Source: Eledone cirrhosa (lineage: Eukaryota). Taken from it: 64,000 nt of DNA. A program made the translations under genes and the position numbers. The DNA lies in assembly GCA_964016885.1 (NCBI GenBank), contig OZ024744.1, positions 4,216,001-4,280,000 of the forward strand. Direction: 5' to 3'. Shown here one piece after another: positions 38,801-53,100 of the stretch (the first letter of the stretch is position 1; each line of letters opens with the position of its first letter). The notes under the pieces were generated by a model that saw only the letters and a list, made by a program, of their open reading frames with translations, ran no database searches and was not told the origin of the DNA.

Positions 38801-41800
38801 CAAGGTAGAGAAAGATAGCTTGGTGAAGAACGACGTTTTGAGGGAAGACAAAATAGAGAAAGATAGCTTGGTGAAGAACGACGTTTTGTGGGATGACAAG
38901 GTAGAGAAAGATGACTTGGTGAAGAACGAAGTTTTGGGGGAAGACAAGGTAGATAAAGATAGCTTGGTGAAGAACGAAGTTTTGGGGGAAGACAAGGTAG
39001 AGAAAGATAGCTTGGTGAAGAACGACGTTTTGAGGGAAGACAAGGTAGAGAAAGATAGCTTGGTGAAGAACGAAGTTTTGGGGAAGACAATGTAGAGAAA
39101 GATAGCTTGGTGAAGAACGAAGTTTTGGGGGAAGACAAGGTAGAGAAAGATAGCTTGGTGAAGAACGAAGTTCTGAGGGAAGACAAGGTAGAGAAAGATA
39201 GCTTGGTGAAGAACGACGTTTAGTGGGAAGACAAGGTAGAAAAAGATATCTTGGTGAAGAACGAAGTTTTGACGGAAGACAAGGTAGAGAAAGAGAGCTT
39301 GCGAAGAACGAAGTTTTGGGGGAAGACAAGGTAGAGAAAGATAGCTTGGTGAAGAACGAAGTTTTGTGGGAGGACAAGGTAGAGAAAGATAGCTTGGTGA
39401 AGAACGACGTTTTGAGGGAAGACAAGGTAGAGAAAGATAGCTTGGTGAAGAACGAAGTTTTGACGGAAGACAAGGTAGAGAAAGATAGCTTGGTGAAGAA
39501 TGACGTTTTGTGGGAAGACAAGGTAGAGAAAGATAGCTTGGTGAAGAACGAAGTTTTGGGGGAAGACAAGGTAGAGAAAGATAGCTTGGTGAAGAACGAA
39601 GTTTTGGGGGAAGACGAGGTAGAGAAAGATAGCTTGGTGAACAACGAAGTTTTGGGGGAAGACAAGGTAGAGAAAGATAGCTTGGTGAAGAACGAAGTTT
39701 TGGGGGAAGACAAGGTAGAGAAAGATAGCTTGGTGAAGAACGAAGTTTTGGGGGAAGACAAGGTAGAGAAAGATAGCTTGGTGAAGAACGACGTTTTGAG
39801 GGAAGACAAGTTAGAGAAAGATAGCTTGGTGAAGAACGAAGTTTTGACGGAAGACAAGGTAGAGAAAGATAGCTTGGTGAAGAATGACGTTTTGTGGGAA
39901 GACAAGGTAGAGAAAGATAGCTTGGTGAAGAACGAAGTTTTGTATGAAGACAAGCTAGAAAAAGATAGCTTGGTGAAGAACGAAGTTTTAGGGGAAGACA
40001 AGGTAGAGAAAGATAGCTTGGTGAAGAACGAAGTTTTGGGGGAAGACAAGGTAGAGAAAGATAGCTTGGTGAAGAACAAAGTTTTGGGGGAAGACAAGGT
40101 AGAGAAAGATAGCTTGGTGAAGAACGAAGTTTTGAGGGAAGACGAGGTAGAGAAAGATAGCTCGGTGAAGAATGAAGTTTTGGGGGAAGACAAGGTAGAG
40201 AAAGATAGCTTGGTGAAGAACGAAGTTTTGGGGGAAGACAAGGTAGAGAAAGATAGCTTGGTGAAGAACGACGTTTTGAGGGAAGACAAGGTCGTGAAAG
40301 ATAGCTTGGTGAAGAACGAAGTTTTGGGGAAGACAATGTAGAGAAAGATAGCTTGGTGAAGAACGAAGTTTTGGGGGAAGACAAGGTAGAGAAAGATAGC
40401 TTGGTGAAGAACGAAGTTCTGAGGGAAGACAAGGTAGAGAAAGATAGCTTGGTGAAGAACGAAGTTTTGGGAGGAGACAAGGTAGAGAAAGATATCTTGG
40501 TGAAGAACGAAGTTTTGACGGAAGACAAGGTAGAGAAAGATAGCTTGGTGAAGAATGACGTTTTGTGGGAAGACAAGGTAGAGAAAGATAGCTTGGTGAA
40601 GAACGAAGTTTTGTGTGAAGACAAGCTAGAGAAAGATAGCTTGGTGAAGAACGAAGTTTTGAGGGAAGACAAGGTAGAGAAAGATAGCTTGGTGAAGAAC
40701 GACGTTTAGTGGGAAGACAAGGTAGAAAAAGATATCTTGGTGAAGAACGAAGTTTTGACGGAAGACAAGGTAGAGAAAGAGAGCTTGCGAAGAACGAAGT
40801 TTTGGGGGAAGACAAGGTAGAGAAAGATAGCTTGGTGAAGAACGAAGTTTTGTGGGAGGACAAGGTAGAGAAAGATAGCTTGGTGAAGAACGACGTTTTG
40901 AGGGAAGACAAGGTAGAGAAAGATAGCTTGGTGAAGAACGAAGTTTTGACGGAAGACAAGGTAGAGAAAGATAGCTTGGTGAAGAATGACGTTTTGTGGG
41001 AAGACAAGGTAGAGAAAGATAGCTTGGTGAAGAACGAAGTTTTGGGGAAGACAATGTAGAGAAAGATAGCTTGGTGAAGAACGAAGTTTTGGGGGAAGAC
41101 AAGGTAGAGAAAGATAGCTTGGTGAAGAACGAAGTTCTGAGGGAAGACAAGGTAGAGAAAGATAGCTTGGTGAAGAACGACGTTTAGTGGGAAGACAAGG
41201 TAGAAAAAGATATCTTGGTGAAGAACGAAGTTTTGTGGGAGGACAAGGTAGAGAAAGATAGCTTGGTGAAGAACGACGTTTTGAGGGAAGACAAGGTAGA
41301 GAAAGATAGCTTGGTGAAGAACGAAGTTTTGGGGGAAGACGAGGTAGAGAAAGATAGCTTGGTGAACAACGAAGTTTTGGGGGAAGACAAGGTAGAGAAA
41401 GATAGCTTGGTGAAGAACGAAGTTTTGGGGAAGACAATGTAGAGAAAGATAGCTTGGTGAAGAACGAAGTTTTGGGGGAAGACAAGGTAGAGAAAGATAG
41501 CTTGGTGAAGAACGAAGTTCTGAGGGAAGACAAGGTAGAGAAAGATAGCTTGGTGAAGAACGACGTTTAGTGGGAAGACAAGGTAGAAAAAGATATCTTG
41601 GTGAAGAACGAAGTTTTGACGGAAGACAAGGTAGAGAAAGAGAGCTTGCGAAGAACGAAGTTTTGGGGGAAGACAAGGTAGAGAAAGATAGCTTGGTGAA
41701 GAACGAAGTTTTGTGGGAGGACAAGGTAGAGAAAGATAGCTTGGTGAAGAACGACGTTTTGAGGGAAGACAAGGTAGAGAAAGATAGCTTGGTGAAGAAC

Positions 41801-44800
41801 GAAGTTTTGACGGAAGACAAGGTAGAGAAAGATAGCTTGGTGAAGAATGACGTTTTGTGGGAAGACAAGGTAGAGAAAGATAGCTTGGTGAAGAACGAAG
41901 TTTTGGGGGAAGACAAGGTAGAGAAAGATAGCTTGGTGAAGAACGAAGTTTTGGGGGAAGACGAGGTAGAGAAAGATAGCTTGGTGAACAACGAAGTTTT
42001 GGGGGAAGACAAGGTAGAGAAAGATAGCTTGGTGAAGAACGAAGTTTTGGGGGAAGACAAGGTAGAGAAAGATAGCTTGGTGAAGAACGAAGTTTTGGGG
42101 GAAGACAAGGTAGAGAAAGATAGCTTGGTGAAGAACGACGTTTTGAGGGAAGACAAGTTAGAGAAAGATAGCTTGGTGAAGAACGAAGTTTTGACGGAAG
42201 ACAAGGTAGAGAAAGATAGCTTGGTGAAGAATGACGTTTTGTGGGAAGACAAGGTAGAGAAAGATAGCTTGGTGAAGAACGAAGTTTTGTATGAAGACAA
42301 GCTAGAAAAAGATAGCTTGGTGAAGAACGAAGTTTTAGGGGAAGACAAGGTAGAGAAAGATAGCTTGGTGAAGAACGAAGTTTTGGGGGAAGACAAGGTA
42401 GAGAAAGATAGCTTGGTGAAGAACAAAGTTTTGGGGGAAGACAAGGTAGAGAAAGATAGCTTGGTGAAGAACGAAGTTTTGAGGGAAGACGAGGTAGAGA
42501 AAGATAGCTCGGTGAAGAATGAAGTTTTGGGGGAAGACAAGGTAGAGAAAGATAGCTTGGTGAAGAACGAAGTTTTGGGGGAAGACAAGGTAGAGAAAGA
42601 TAGCTTGGTGAAGAACGACGTTTTGAGGGAAGACAAGGTCGTGAAAGATAGCTTGGTGAAGAACGAAGTTTTGGGGAAGACAATGTAGAGAAAGATAGCT
42701 TGGTGAAGAACGAAGTTTTGGGGGAAGACAAGGTAGAGAAAGATAGCTTGGTGAAGAACGAAGTTCTGAGGGAAGACAAGGTAGAGAAAGATAGCTTGGT
42801 GAAGAACGAAGTTTTGGGAGGAGACAAGGTAGAGAAAGATATCTTGGTGAAGAACGAAGTTTTGACGGAAGACAAGGTAGAGAAAGATAGCTTGGTGAAG
42901 AATGACGTTTTGTGGGAAGACAAGGTAGAGAAAGATAGCTTGGTGAAGAACGAAGTTTTGTGTGAAGACAAGCTAGAGAAAGATAGCTTGGTGAAGAACG
43001 AAGTTTTGAGGGAAGACAAGGTAGAGAAAGATAGCTTGGTGAAGAACGACGTTTAGTGGGAAGACAAGGTAGAAAAAGATATCTTGGTGAAGAACGAAGT
43101 TTTGACGGAAGACAAGGTAGAGAAAGAGAGCTTGCGAAGAACGAAGTTTTGGGGGAAGACAAGGTAGAGAAAGATAGCTTGGTGAAGAACGAAGTTTTGT
43201 GGGAGGACAAGGTAGAGAAAGATAGCTTGGTGAAGAACGACGTTTTGAGGGAAGACAAGGTAGAGAAAGATAGCTTGGTGAAGAACGAAGTTTTGACGGA
43301 AGACAAGGTAGAGAAAGATAGCTTGGTGAAGAATGACGTTTTGTGGGAAGACAAGGTAGAGAAAGATAGCTTGGTGAAGAACGAAGTTTTTGGGGAAGAC
43401 AAGGTAGAGAAAGATAGCTTGGTGAAGAACGAAGTTTTGGGGGAAGACGAGGTAGAGAAAGATAGCTTGGTGAACAACGAAGTTTTGGGGGAAGACAAGG
43501 TAGAGAAAGATAGCTTGGTGAAGAACGAAGTTTTGGGGGAAGACAAGGTAGAGAAAGATAGCTTGGTGAAGAACGAAGTTTTGGGGGAAGACAAGGTAGA
43601 GAAAGATAGCTTGGTGAAGAACGACGTTTTGAGGGAAGACAAGTTAGAGAAAGATAGCTTGGTGAAGAACGAAGTTTTGACGGAAGACAAGGTAGAGAAA
43701 GATAGCTTGGTGAAGAATGACGTTTTGTGGGAAGACAAGGTAGAGAAAGATAGCTTGGTGAAGAACGAAGTTTTGTATGAAGACAAGCTAGAAAAAGATA
43801 GCTTGGTGAAGAACGAAGTTTTAGGGGAAGACAAGGTAGAGAAAGATAGCTTGGTGAAGAACGAAGTTTTGGGGGAAGACAAGGTAGAGAAAGATAGCTT
43901 GGTGAAGAACAAAGTTTTGGGGGAAGACAAGGTAGAGAAAGATAGCTTGGTGAAGAACGAAGTTTTGAGGGAAGACGAGGTAGAGAAAGATAGCTTGGTG
44001 AAGAACGAAGTTTTGGGGGAAGACAAGGTAGAGAAAGATAGCTTGGTGAAGAACGAAGTTTTGGGGGAAGACAAGGTAGAGAAATATAGCTTGGTGAAGA
44101 ACGACGTTTTGAGGGAAGACAAGGTCGTGAAAGATAGCTTGGTGAAGAACGAAGTTTTGGGGAAGACAATGTAGAGAAAGATAGCTTGGTGAAGAACGAA
44201 GTTTTGGGGGAAGACAAGGTAGAGAAAGATAGCTTGGTGAATAACGAAGTTTTGACGGAAGACAAGGTAGAGAAAGATAGCTTGGTGAAGAATGACGTTT
44301 TGTGGGAAGACAAGGTAGAGAAAGATAGCTTGGTGAAGAACGAAGTTTTGTATGAAGACAAGCTAGAAAAAGATAGCTTGGTGAAGAACGAAGTTTTAGG
44401 GGAAGACAAGGTAGAGAAAGATAGCTTGGTGAAGAACGAAGTTTTGGGTGAAGACAAGGTAGAGAAAGATAGCTTGGTGAAGAACGAAGTTCTGAGGGAA
44501 GACAAGGTAGAGAAAGATAGCTTGGTGAAGAACGAAGTTTTGGGAGGAGACAAGGTAGAGAAAGATATCTTGGTGAAGAACGAAGTTTTGACGGAAGACA
44601 AGGTAGAGAAAGATAGCTTGGTAAAGAATGACGTTTTGTGGGAAGACAAGGTAGAGAAAGATAGCTTGGTGAAGAACGAAGTTTTGTGTGAAGACAAGCT
44701 AGAGAAAGATAGCTTGGTGAAGAACGAAGTTTTGAGGGAAGACAAGGTAGAGAAAGATAGCTTGGTGAATAACGAAGTTTTGGGAGAAGACAAGGTAGAG

Positions 44801-47174
44801 AAAGATAGCTTGCTGAAGAACGAAGTTTTGGGGGAAGACAAGGTAGAGCAAGATAGCTTGGTGAAGAACGAAGTTTTGAGGGAAGACAAGGTAGCGAAAG
44901 ATAGCTTGGTGAATAACGAAGTTTTGGGGGAAGACAAGGTAGAGAAAGATAGCTTGGTGAATAACGAAGTTTTGGGAGAAGACAAGGTCGAGAAAGATAG
45001 CTTGGTGAAGAACGAAATTTTGAGGGAAGACAAGGTAGAGAAAGATAGCTTGGTGAAGAACGACGTTTTGAGGGAAGACAAAATAGAGAAAGATAGCTTG
45101 GTGAAGAACGACGTTTTGTGGGATGACAAGGTAGAGAAAGATGACTTGGTGAAGAACGAAGTTTTGGGGGAAGACAAGGTAGATAAAGATAGCTTGGTGA
45201 AGAACGAAGTTTTGGGGGAAGACAAGGTAGAGAAAGATAGCTTGGTGAAGAACGACGTTTTGAGGGAAGACAAGGTAGAGAAAGATAGCTTGGTGAAGAA
45301 CGAAGTTTTGGGGAAGACAATGTAGAGAAAGATAGCTTGGTGAAGAACGAAGTTTTGGGGGAAGACAAGGTAGAGAAAGATAGCTTGGTGAAGAACGAAG
45401 TTCTGAGGGAAGACAAGGTAGAGAAAGATAGCTTGGTGAAGAACGACGTTTAGTGGGAAGACAAGGTAGAAAAAGATATCTTGGTGAAGAACGAAGTTTT
45501 GACGGAAGACAAGGTAGAGAAAGAGAGCTTGCGAAGAACGAAGTTTTGGGGGAAGACAAGGTAGAGAAAGATAGCTTGGTGAAGAACGAAGTTTTGTGGG
45601 AGGACAAGGTAGAGAAAGATAGCTTGGTGAAGAACGACGTTTTGAGGGAAGACAAGGTAGAGAAAGATAGCTTGGTGAAGAACGAAGTTTTGACGGAAGA
45701 CAAGGTAGAGAAAGATAGCTTGGTGAGGAATGACGTTTTGTGGGAAGACAAGGTAGAGAAAGATAGCTTGGTGAAGAACGAAGTTTTGGGGGAAGACAAG
45801 GTAGAGAAAGATAGCTTGGTGAAGAACGAAGTTTTGGGGGAAGACGAGGTAGAGAAAGATAGCTTGGTGAACAACGAAGTTTTGGGGGAAGACAAGGTAG
45901 AGAAAGATAGCTTGGTGAAGAACGAAGTTTTGGGGGAAGACAAGGTAGAGAAAGATAGCTTGGTGAAGAACGAAGTTTTGGGGGAAGACAAGGTAGAGAA
46001 AGATAGCTTGGTGAAGAACGACGTTTTGAGGGAAGACAAGTTAGAGAAAGATAGCTTGGTGAAGAACGAAGTTTTGACGGAAGACAAGGTAGAGAAAGAT
46101 AGCTTGGTGAAGAATGACGTTTTGTGGGAAGACAAGGTAGAGAAAGATAGCTTGGTGAAGAACGAAGTTTTGTATGAAGACAAGCTAGAAAAAGATAGCT
46201 TGGTGAAGAACGAAGTTTTAGGGGAAGACAAGGTAGAGAAAGATAGCTTGGTGAAGAACGAAGTTTTGGGGGAAGACAAGGTAGAGAAAGATAGCTTGGT
46301 GAAGAACAAAGTTTTGGGGGAAGACAAGGTAGAGAAAGATAGCTTGGTGAAGAACGAAGTTTTGAGGGAAGACGAGGTAGAGAAAGATAGCTTGGTGAAG
46401 AACGAAGTTTTGGGGGAAGACAAGGTAGAGAAAGATAGCTTGGTGAAGAACGAAGTTTTGGGGGAAGACAAGGTAGAGAAAGATAGCTTGGTGAAGAACG
46501 ACGTTTTGAGGGAAGACAAGGTCGTGAAAGATAGCTTGGTGAAGAACGAAGTTTTGGGGAAGACAATGTAGAGAAAGATAGCTTGGTGAAGAACGAAGTT
46601 TTGGGGGAAGACAAGGTAGAGAAAGATAGCTTGGTGAAGAACGAAGTTCTGAGGGAAGACAAGGTAGAGAAAGATAGCTTGGTGAAGAACGAAGTTTTGG
46701 GAGGAGACAAGGTAGAGAAAGATATCTTGGTGAAGAACGAAGTTTTGACGGAAGACAAGGTAGAGAAAGATAGCTTGGTGAAGAATGACGTTTTGTGGGA
46801 AGACAAGGTAGAGAAAGATAGCTTGGTGAAGAACGAAGTTTTGTGTGAAGACAAGCTAGAGAAAGATAGCTTGGTGAAGAACGAAGTTTTGAGGGAAGAC
46901 AAGGTAGAGAAAGATAGCTTGGTGAATAACGAAGTTTTGGGAGAAGACAAGGTAGAGAAAGATAGCTTGGTGAAGAACGAAGTTTTGGGGGAAGACAAGG
47001 TAGAGAAAGATAGCTTGGTGAAGAACGAAGTTTTGAGGGAAGACAAGGTAGCGAAAGATAGCTTGGTGAATAACGAAGTTTTGGGGGAAGACAAGGTAGA
47101 GAAAGATAGCTTGGTGAATAACGAAGTTTTGGGAGAAGACAAGGTCGAGAAAGATAGCTTGGTGAAGAACGAAA
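32851..47174 (+). repeat. Large block duplication, ~5.8 kb (about 32851-38643) repeated at offset 8531 bp (178 monomers minus 13 nt)
   Basis: ORF pairs 33039/41570, 34169/42700, 34525/43056, 35655/44186, 36922/45453 and 38052/46583 are all 8531 apart. The private variant gtgaggaat (VRN) occurs only at ~37192 and ~45723. Confidence 0.88.
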
Positions 47175-50100
47175 TTTTGAGGGAAGACAAGGTAGAGAAA
47201 GATAGCTTGGTGAAGAACGACGTTTTGAGGGAAGACAAAATAGAGAAAGATAGCTTGGTGAAGAACGACGTTTTGTGGGATGACAAGGTAGAGAAAGATG
47301 ACTTGGTGAAGAACGAAGTTTTGGGGGAAGACAAGGTAGATAAAGATAGCTTGGTGAAGAACGAAGTTTTGGGGGAAGACAAGGTAGAGAAAGATAGCTT
47401 GGTGAAGAACGACGTTTTGAGGGAAGACAAGGTAGAGAAAGATAGCTTGGTGAAGAACGAAGTTTTGAGGGAAGACAAGGTAGCGAAAGATAGCTTGGTG
47501 AATAACGAAGTTTTGGGGGAAGACAAGGTAGAGAAAGATAGCTTGGTGAATAACGAAGTTTTGGGGGAAGACAAGGTAGAGAAAGATAGCTTGGTGAAGA
47601 ACGAAGTTCTGAGGGAAGACAAGGTAGAGAAAGATAGCTTGGTGAAGAACGACGTTTTGTGGGAAGACAAGGTAGAGAAAGATATCTTGGTGAAGAAGGA
47701 AGTTTTGACGGAAGACAAGGTAGAGAAAGATAGCTTGCGAAGAACGAAGTTTTGGGGGAAGACAAGGTAGAGAAAGATAGCTTGGTGAAGAACGAAGTTT
47801 TGTGGGAGGACAAGGTAGAGAAAGATAGCTTGGTGAAGAACGAAGTTCTGGGGGAAGACAAGGTAGAGAAAGATAGCTTAGTGAAGAACGACGTTTTGTG
47901 GGAAGACAAGGTAGAGAAAGATATCTTGGTGAAGAAGGAAGTTTTGACGGAAGACAAGGTAGAGAAAGATAGCTTGCGAAGAACGAAGTTTTGGGGGAAG
48001 ACAAGGTAGAGAAAGATAGCTTGGTGAAGAACGAAGTTTTGTGGGAGGACAAGGTAGAGAAAGATAGCTTGGTGAAGAACGACGTTTTGAGGGAAGACAA
48101 GGTAGAGAAAGATAGCTTGGTGAAGAACGAAGTTTTGACGGAAGACAAGGTAGAGAAAGATAGCTTGGTGAAGAACGAAGTTTTGAGGGAAGACAAGGTA
48201 GCGAAAGATAGCTTGGTGAATAACGAAGTTTTGGGGGAAGACAAGGTAGAGAAAGATAGCTTGGTGAATAACGAAGTTTTGGGGGAAGACAAGGTAGAGA
48301 AAGATATCTTGGTGAAGAACGAAGTTTTGACGGAAGACAAGGTAGAGAAAGAGAGCTTGCGAAGAACGAAGTTTTGGGGGAAGACAAGGTAGAGAAAGAT
48401 AGCTTGGTGAAGAACGAAGTTTTGTGGGAGGACAAGGTAGAGAAAGATAGCTTGGTGAAGAACGACGTTTTGAGGGAAGACAAGGTAGAGAAAGATAGCT
48501 TGGTGAAGAACGAAGTTTTGACGGAAGACAAGGTAGAGAAAGATAGCTTGGTGAAGAATGACGTTTTGTGGGAAGACAAGGTAGAGAAAGATAGCTTGGT
48601 GAAGAACGAAGTTTTGGGGGAAGACAAGGTAGAGAAAGATAGCTTGGTGAAGAACGAAGTTTTGGGGGAAGACGAGGTAGAGAAAGATAGCTTGGTGAAC
48701 AACGAAGTTTTGGGGGAAGACAAGGTAGAGAAAGATAGCTTGGTGAAGAACGAAGTTTTGGGGGAAGACAAGGTAGAGAAAGATAGCTTGGTGAAGAACG
48801 AAGTTTTGGGGGAAGACAAGGTAGAGAATGATAGCTTGGTGAAGAACGACGTTTTGAGGGAAGACAAGTTAGAGAAAGATAGCTTGGTGAAGAACGAAGT
48901 TTTGACGGAAGACAAGGTAGAGAAAGATAGCTTGGTGAAGAATGACGTTTTGTGGGAAGACAAGGTAGAGAAAGATAGCTTGGTGAAGAACGAAGTTTTG
49001 TATGAAGACAAGCTAGAAAAAGATAGCTTGGTGAAGAACGAAGTTTTAGGGGAAGACAAGGTAGAGAAAGATAGCTTGGTGAAGAACGAAGTTTTGGGGG
49101 AAGACAAGGTAGAGAAAGATAGCTTGGTGAAGAACAAAGTTTTGGGGGAAGACAAGGTAGAGAAAGATAGCTTGGTGAAGAACGAAGTTTTGAGGGAAGA
49201 CGAGGTAGAGAAAGATAGCTTGGTGAAGAACGAAGTTTTGGGGGAAGACAAGGTAGAGAAAGATAGCTTGGTGAAGAACGAAGTTTTGGGGGAAGACAAG
49301 GTAGAGAAAGATAGCTTGGTGAAGAACGACGTTTTGAGGGAAGACAAGGTCGTGAAAGATAGCTTGGTGAAGAACGAAGTTTTGGGGAAGACAATGTAGA
49401 GAAAGATAGCTTGGTGAAGAACGAAGTTTTGGGGGAAGACAAGGTAGAGAAAGATAGCTTGGTGAAGAACGAAGTTCTGAGGGAAGACAAGGTAGAGAAA
49501 GATAGCTTGGTGAAGAACGAAGTTTTGGGAGGAGACAAGGTAGAGAAAGATATCTTGGTGAAGAACGAAGTTTTGACGGAAGACAAGGTAGAGAAAGATA
49601 GCTTGGTGAAGAATGACGTTTTGTGGGAAGACAAGGTAGAGAAAGATAGCTTGGTGAAGAACGAAGTTTTGTGTGAAGACAAGCTAGAGAAAGATAGCTT
49701 GGTGAAGAACGAAGTTTTGAGGGAAGACAAGGTAGAGAAAGATAGCTTGGTGAATAACGAAGTTTTGGGAGAAGACAAGGTAGAGAAAGATAGCTTGGTG
49801 AAGAACGAAGTTTTGGGGGAAGACAAGGTAGAGAAAGATAGCTTGGTGAAGAACGAAGTTTTGGGGGAAGACAAGGTAGAGAAAGATAGCTTGGTGAAGA
49901 ACGACGTTTTGAGGGAAGACAAGTTAGAGAAAGATAGCTTGGTGAAGAACGAAGTTTTGACGGAAGACAAGGTAGAGAAAGATAGCTTGGTGAAGAATGA
50001 CGTTTTGTGGGAAGACAAGGTAGAGAAAGATAGCTTGGTGAAGAACGAAGTTTTGTATGAAGACAAGCTAGAAAAAGATAGCTTGGTGAAGAACGAAGTT

Positions 50101-53100
50101 TTAGGGGAAGACAAGGTAGAGAAAGATAGCTTGGTGAAGAACGAAGTTTTGGGGGAAGACAAGGTAGAGAAAGATAGCTTGGTGAAGAACAAAGTTTTGG
50201 GGGAAGACAAGGTAGAGAAAGATAGCTTGGTGAAGAACGAAGTTTTGAGGGAAGACGAGGTAGAGAAAGATAGCTTGGTGAAGAACGAAGTTTTGGGGGA
50301 AGACAAGGTAGAGAAAGATAGCTTGGTGAAGAACGAAGTTTTGGGGGAAGACAAGGTAGAGAAAGATAGCTTGGTGAAGAACGACGTTTTGAGGGAAGAC
50401 AAGGTCGTGAAAGATAGCTTGGTGAAGAACGAAGTTTTGGGGAAGACAATGTAGAGAAAGATAGCTTGGTGAAGAACGAAGTTTTGGGGGAAGACAAGGT
50501 AGAGAAAGATAGCTTGGTGAATAACGAAGTTTTGACGGAAGACAAGGTAGAGAAAGATAGCTTGGTGAAGAATGACGTTTTGTGGGAAGACAAGGTAGAG
50601 AAAGATAGCTTGGTGAAGAACGAAGTTTTGTATGAAGACAAGCTAGAAAAAGATAGCTTGGTGAAGAACGAAGTTTTAGGGGAAGACAAGGTAGAGAAAG
50701 ATAGCTTGGTGAAGAACGAAGTTTTGGGTGAAGACAAGGTAGAGAAAGATAGCTTGGTGAAGAACGAAGTTCTGAGGGAAGACAAGGTAGAGAAAGATAG
50801 CTTGGTGAAGAACGAAGTTTTGGGAGGAGACAAGGTAGAGAAAGATATCTTGGTGAAGAACGAAGTTTTGACGGAAGACAAGGTAGAGAAAGATAGCTTG
50901 GTAAAGAATGACGTTTTGTGGGAAGACAAGGTAGAGAAAGATAGCTTGGTGAAGAACGAAGTTTTGTGTGAAGACAAGCTAGAGAAAGATAGCTTGGTGA
51001 AGAACGAAGTTTTGAGGGAAGACAAGGTAGAGAAAGATAGCTTGGTGAATAACGAAGTTTTGGGAGAAGACAAGGTAGAGAAAGATAGCTTGCTGAAGAA
51101 CGAAGTTTTGGGGGAAGACAAGGTAGAGCAAGATAGCTTGGTGAAGAACGAAGTTTTGAGGGAAGACAAGGTAGCGAAAGATAGCTTGGTGAATAACGAA
51201 GTTTTGGGGGAAGACAAGGTAGAGAAAGATAGCTTGGTGAATAACGAAGTTTTGGGAGAAGACAAGGTCGAGAAAGATAGCTTGGTGAAGAACGAAATTT
51301 TGAGGGAAGACAAGGTAGAGAAAGATAGCTTGGTGAAGAACGACGTTTTGAGGGAAGACAAAATAGAGAAAGATAGCTTGGTGAAGAACGACGTTTTGTG
51401 GGATGACAAGGTAGAGAAAGATGACTTGGTGAAGAACGAAGTTTTGGGGGAAGACAAGGTAGATAAAGATAGCTTGGTGAAGAACGAAGTTTTGGGGGGA
51501 GACACGGTAGAGAAAGATAGCTTGGTGAAGAACGACGTTTTGAGGGAAGACAAGGTAGAGAAAGATAGCTTGGTGAAGAACGAAGTTTTGGGGAAGACAA
51601 TGTAGAGAAAGATAGCTTGGTGAAGAACGAAGTTTTGGGGGAAGACAAGGTAGAGAAAGATAGCTTGGTGAAGAACGAAGTTCTGAGGGAAGACAAGGTA
51701 GAGAAAGATAGCTTGGTGAAGAACGACGTTTAGTGGGAAGACAAGGTAGAAAAAGATATCTTGGTGAAGAACGAAGTTTTGACGGAAGACAAGGTAGAGA
51801 AAGAGAGCTTGCGAAGAACGAAGTTTTGGGGGAAGACAAGGTAGAGAAAGATAGCTTGGTGAAGAACGAAGTTTTGTGGGAGGACAAGGTAGAGAAAGAT
51901 AGCTTGGTGAAGAACGACGTTTTGAGGGAAGACAAGGTAGAGAAAGATAGCTTGGTGAAGAACGAAGTTTTGACGGAAGACAAGGTAGAGAAAGATAGCT
52001 TGGTGAAGAATGACGTTTTGTGGGAAGACAAGGTAGAGAAAGATAGCTTGGTGAAGAACGAAGTTTTGGGGGAAGACAAGGTAGAGAAAGATAGCTTGGT
52101 GAAGAACGAAGTTTTGGGGGAAGACGAGGTAGAGAAAGATAGCTTGGTGAACAACGAAGTTTTGGGGGAAGACAAGGTAGAGAAAGATAGCTTGGTGAAG
52201 AACGAAGTTTTGGGGGAAGACAAGGTAGAGAAAGATAGCTTGGTGAAGAACGAAGTTTTGGGGGAAGACAAGGTAGAGAAAGATAGCTTGGTGAAGAACG
52301 ACGTTTTGAGGGAAGACAAGTTAGAGAAAGATAGCTTGGTGAAGAACGAAGTTTTGACGGAAGACAAGGTAGAGAAAGATAGCTTGGTGAAGAATGACGT
52401 TTTGTGGGAAGACAAGGTAGTGAAAGATAGCTTGGTGAAGAACGAAGTTTTGTATGAAGACAAGCTAGAAAAAGATAGCTTGGTGAAGAACGAAGTTTTA
52501 GGGGAAGACAAGGTAGAGAAAGATAGCTTGGTGAAGAACGAAGTTTTGGGGGAAGACAAGGTAGAGAAAGATAGCTTGGTGAAGAACAAAGTTTTGGGGG
52601 AAGACAAGGTAGAGAAAGATAGCTTGGTGAAGAACGAAGTTTTGAGGGAAGACGAGGTAGAGAAAGATAGCTTGGTGAAGAACGAAGTTTTGGGGGAAGA
52701 CAAGGTAGAGAAAGATAGCTTGGTGAAGAACGAAGTTTTGGGGGAAGACAAGGTAGAGAAAGATAGCTTGGTGAAGAACGACGTTTTGAGGGAAGACAAG
52801 GTCGTGAAAGATAGCTTGGTGAAGAACGAAGTTTTGGGGAAGACAATGTAGAGAAAGATAGCTTGGTGAAGAACGAAGTTTTGGGGGAAGACAAGGTAGA
52901 GAAAGATAGCTTGGTGAAGAACGAAGTTCTGAGGGAAGACAAGGTAGAGAAAGATAGCTTGGTGAAGAACGAAGTTTTGGGAGGAGACAAGGTAGAGAAA
53001 GATATCTTGGTGAAGAACGAAGTTTTGACGGAAGACAAGGTAGAGAAAGATAGCTTGGTGAAGAATGACGTTTTGTGGGAAGACAAGGTAGAGAAAGATA

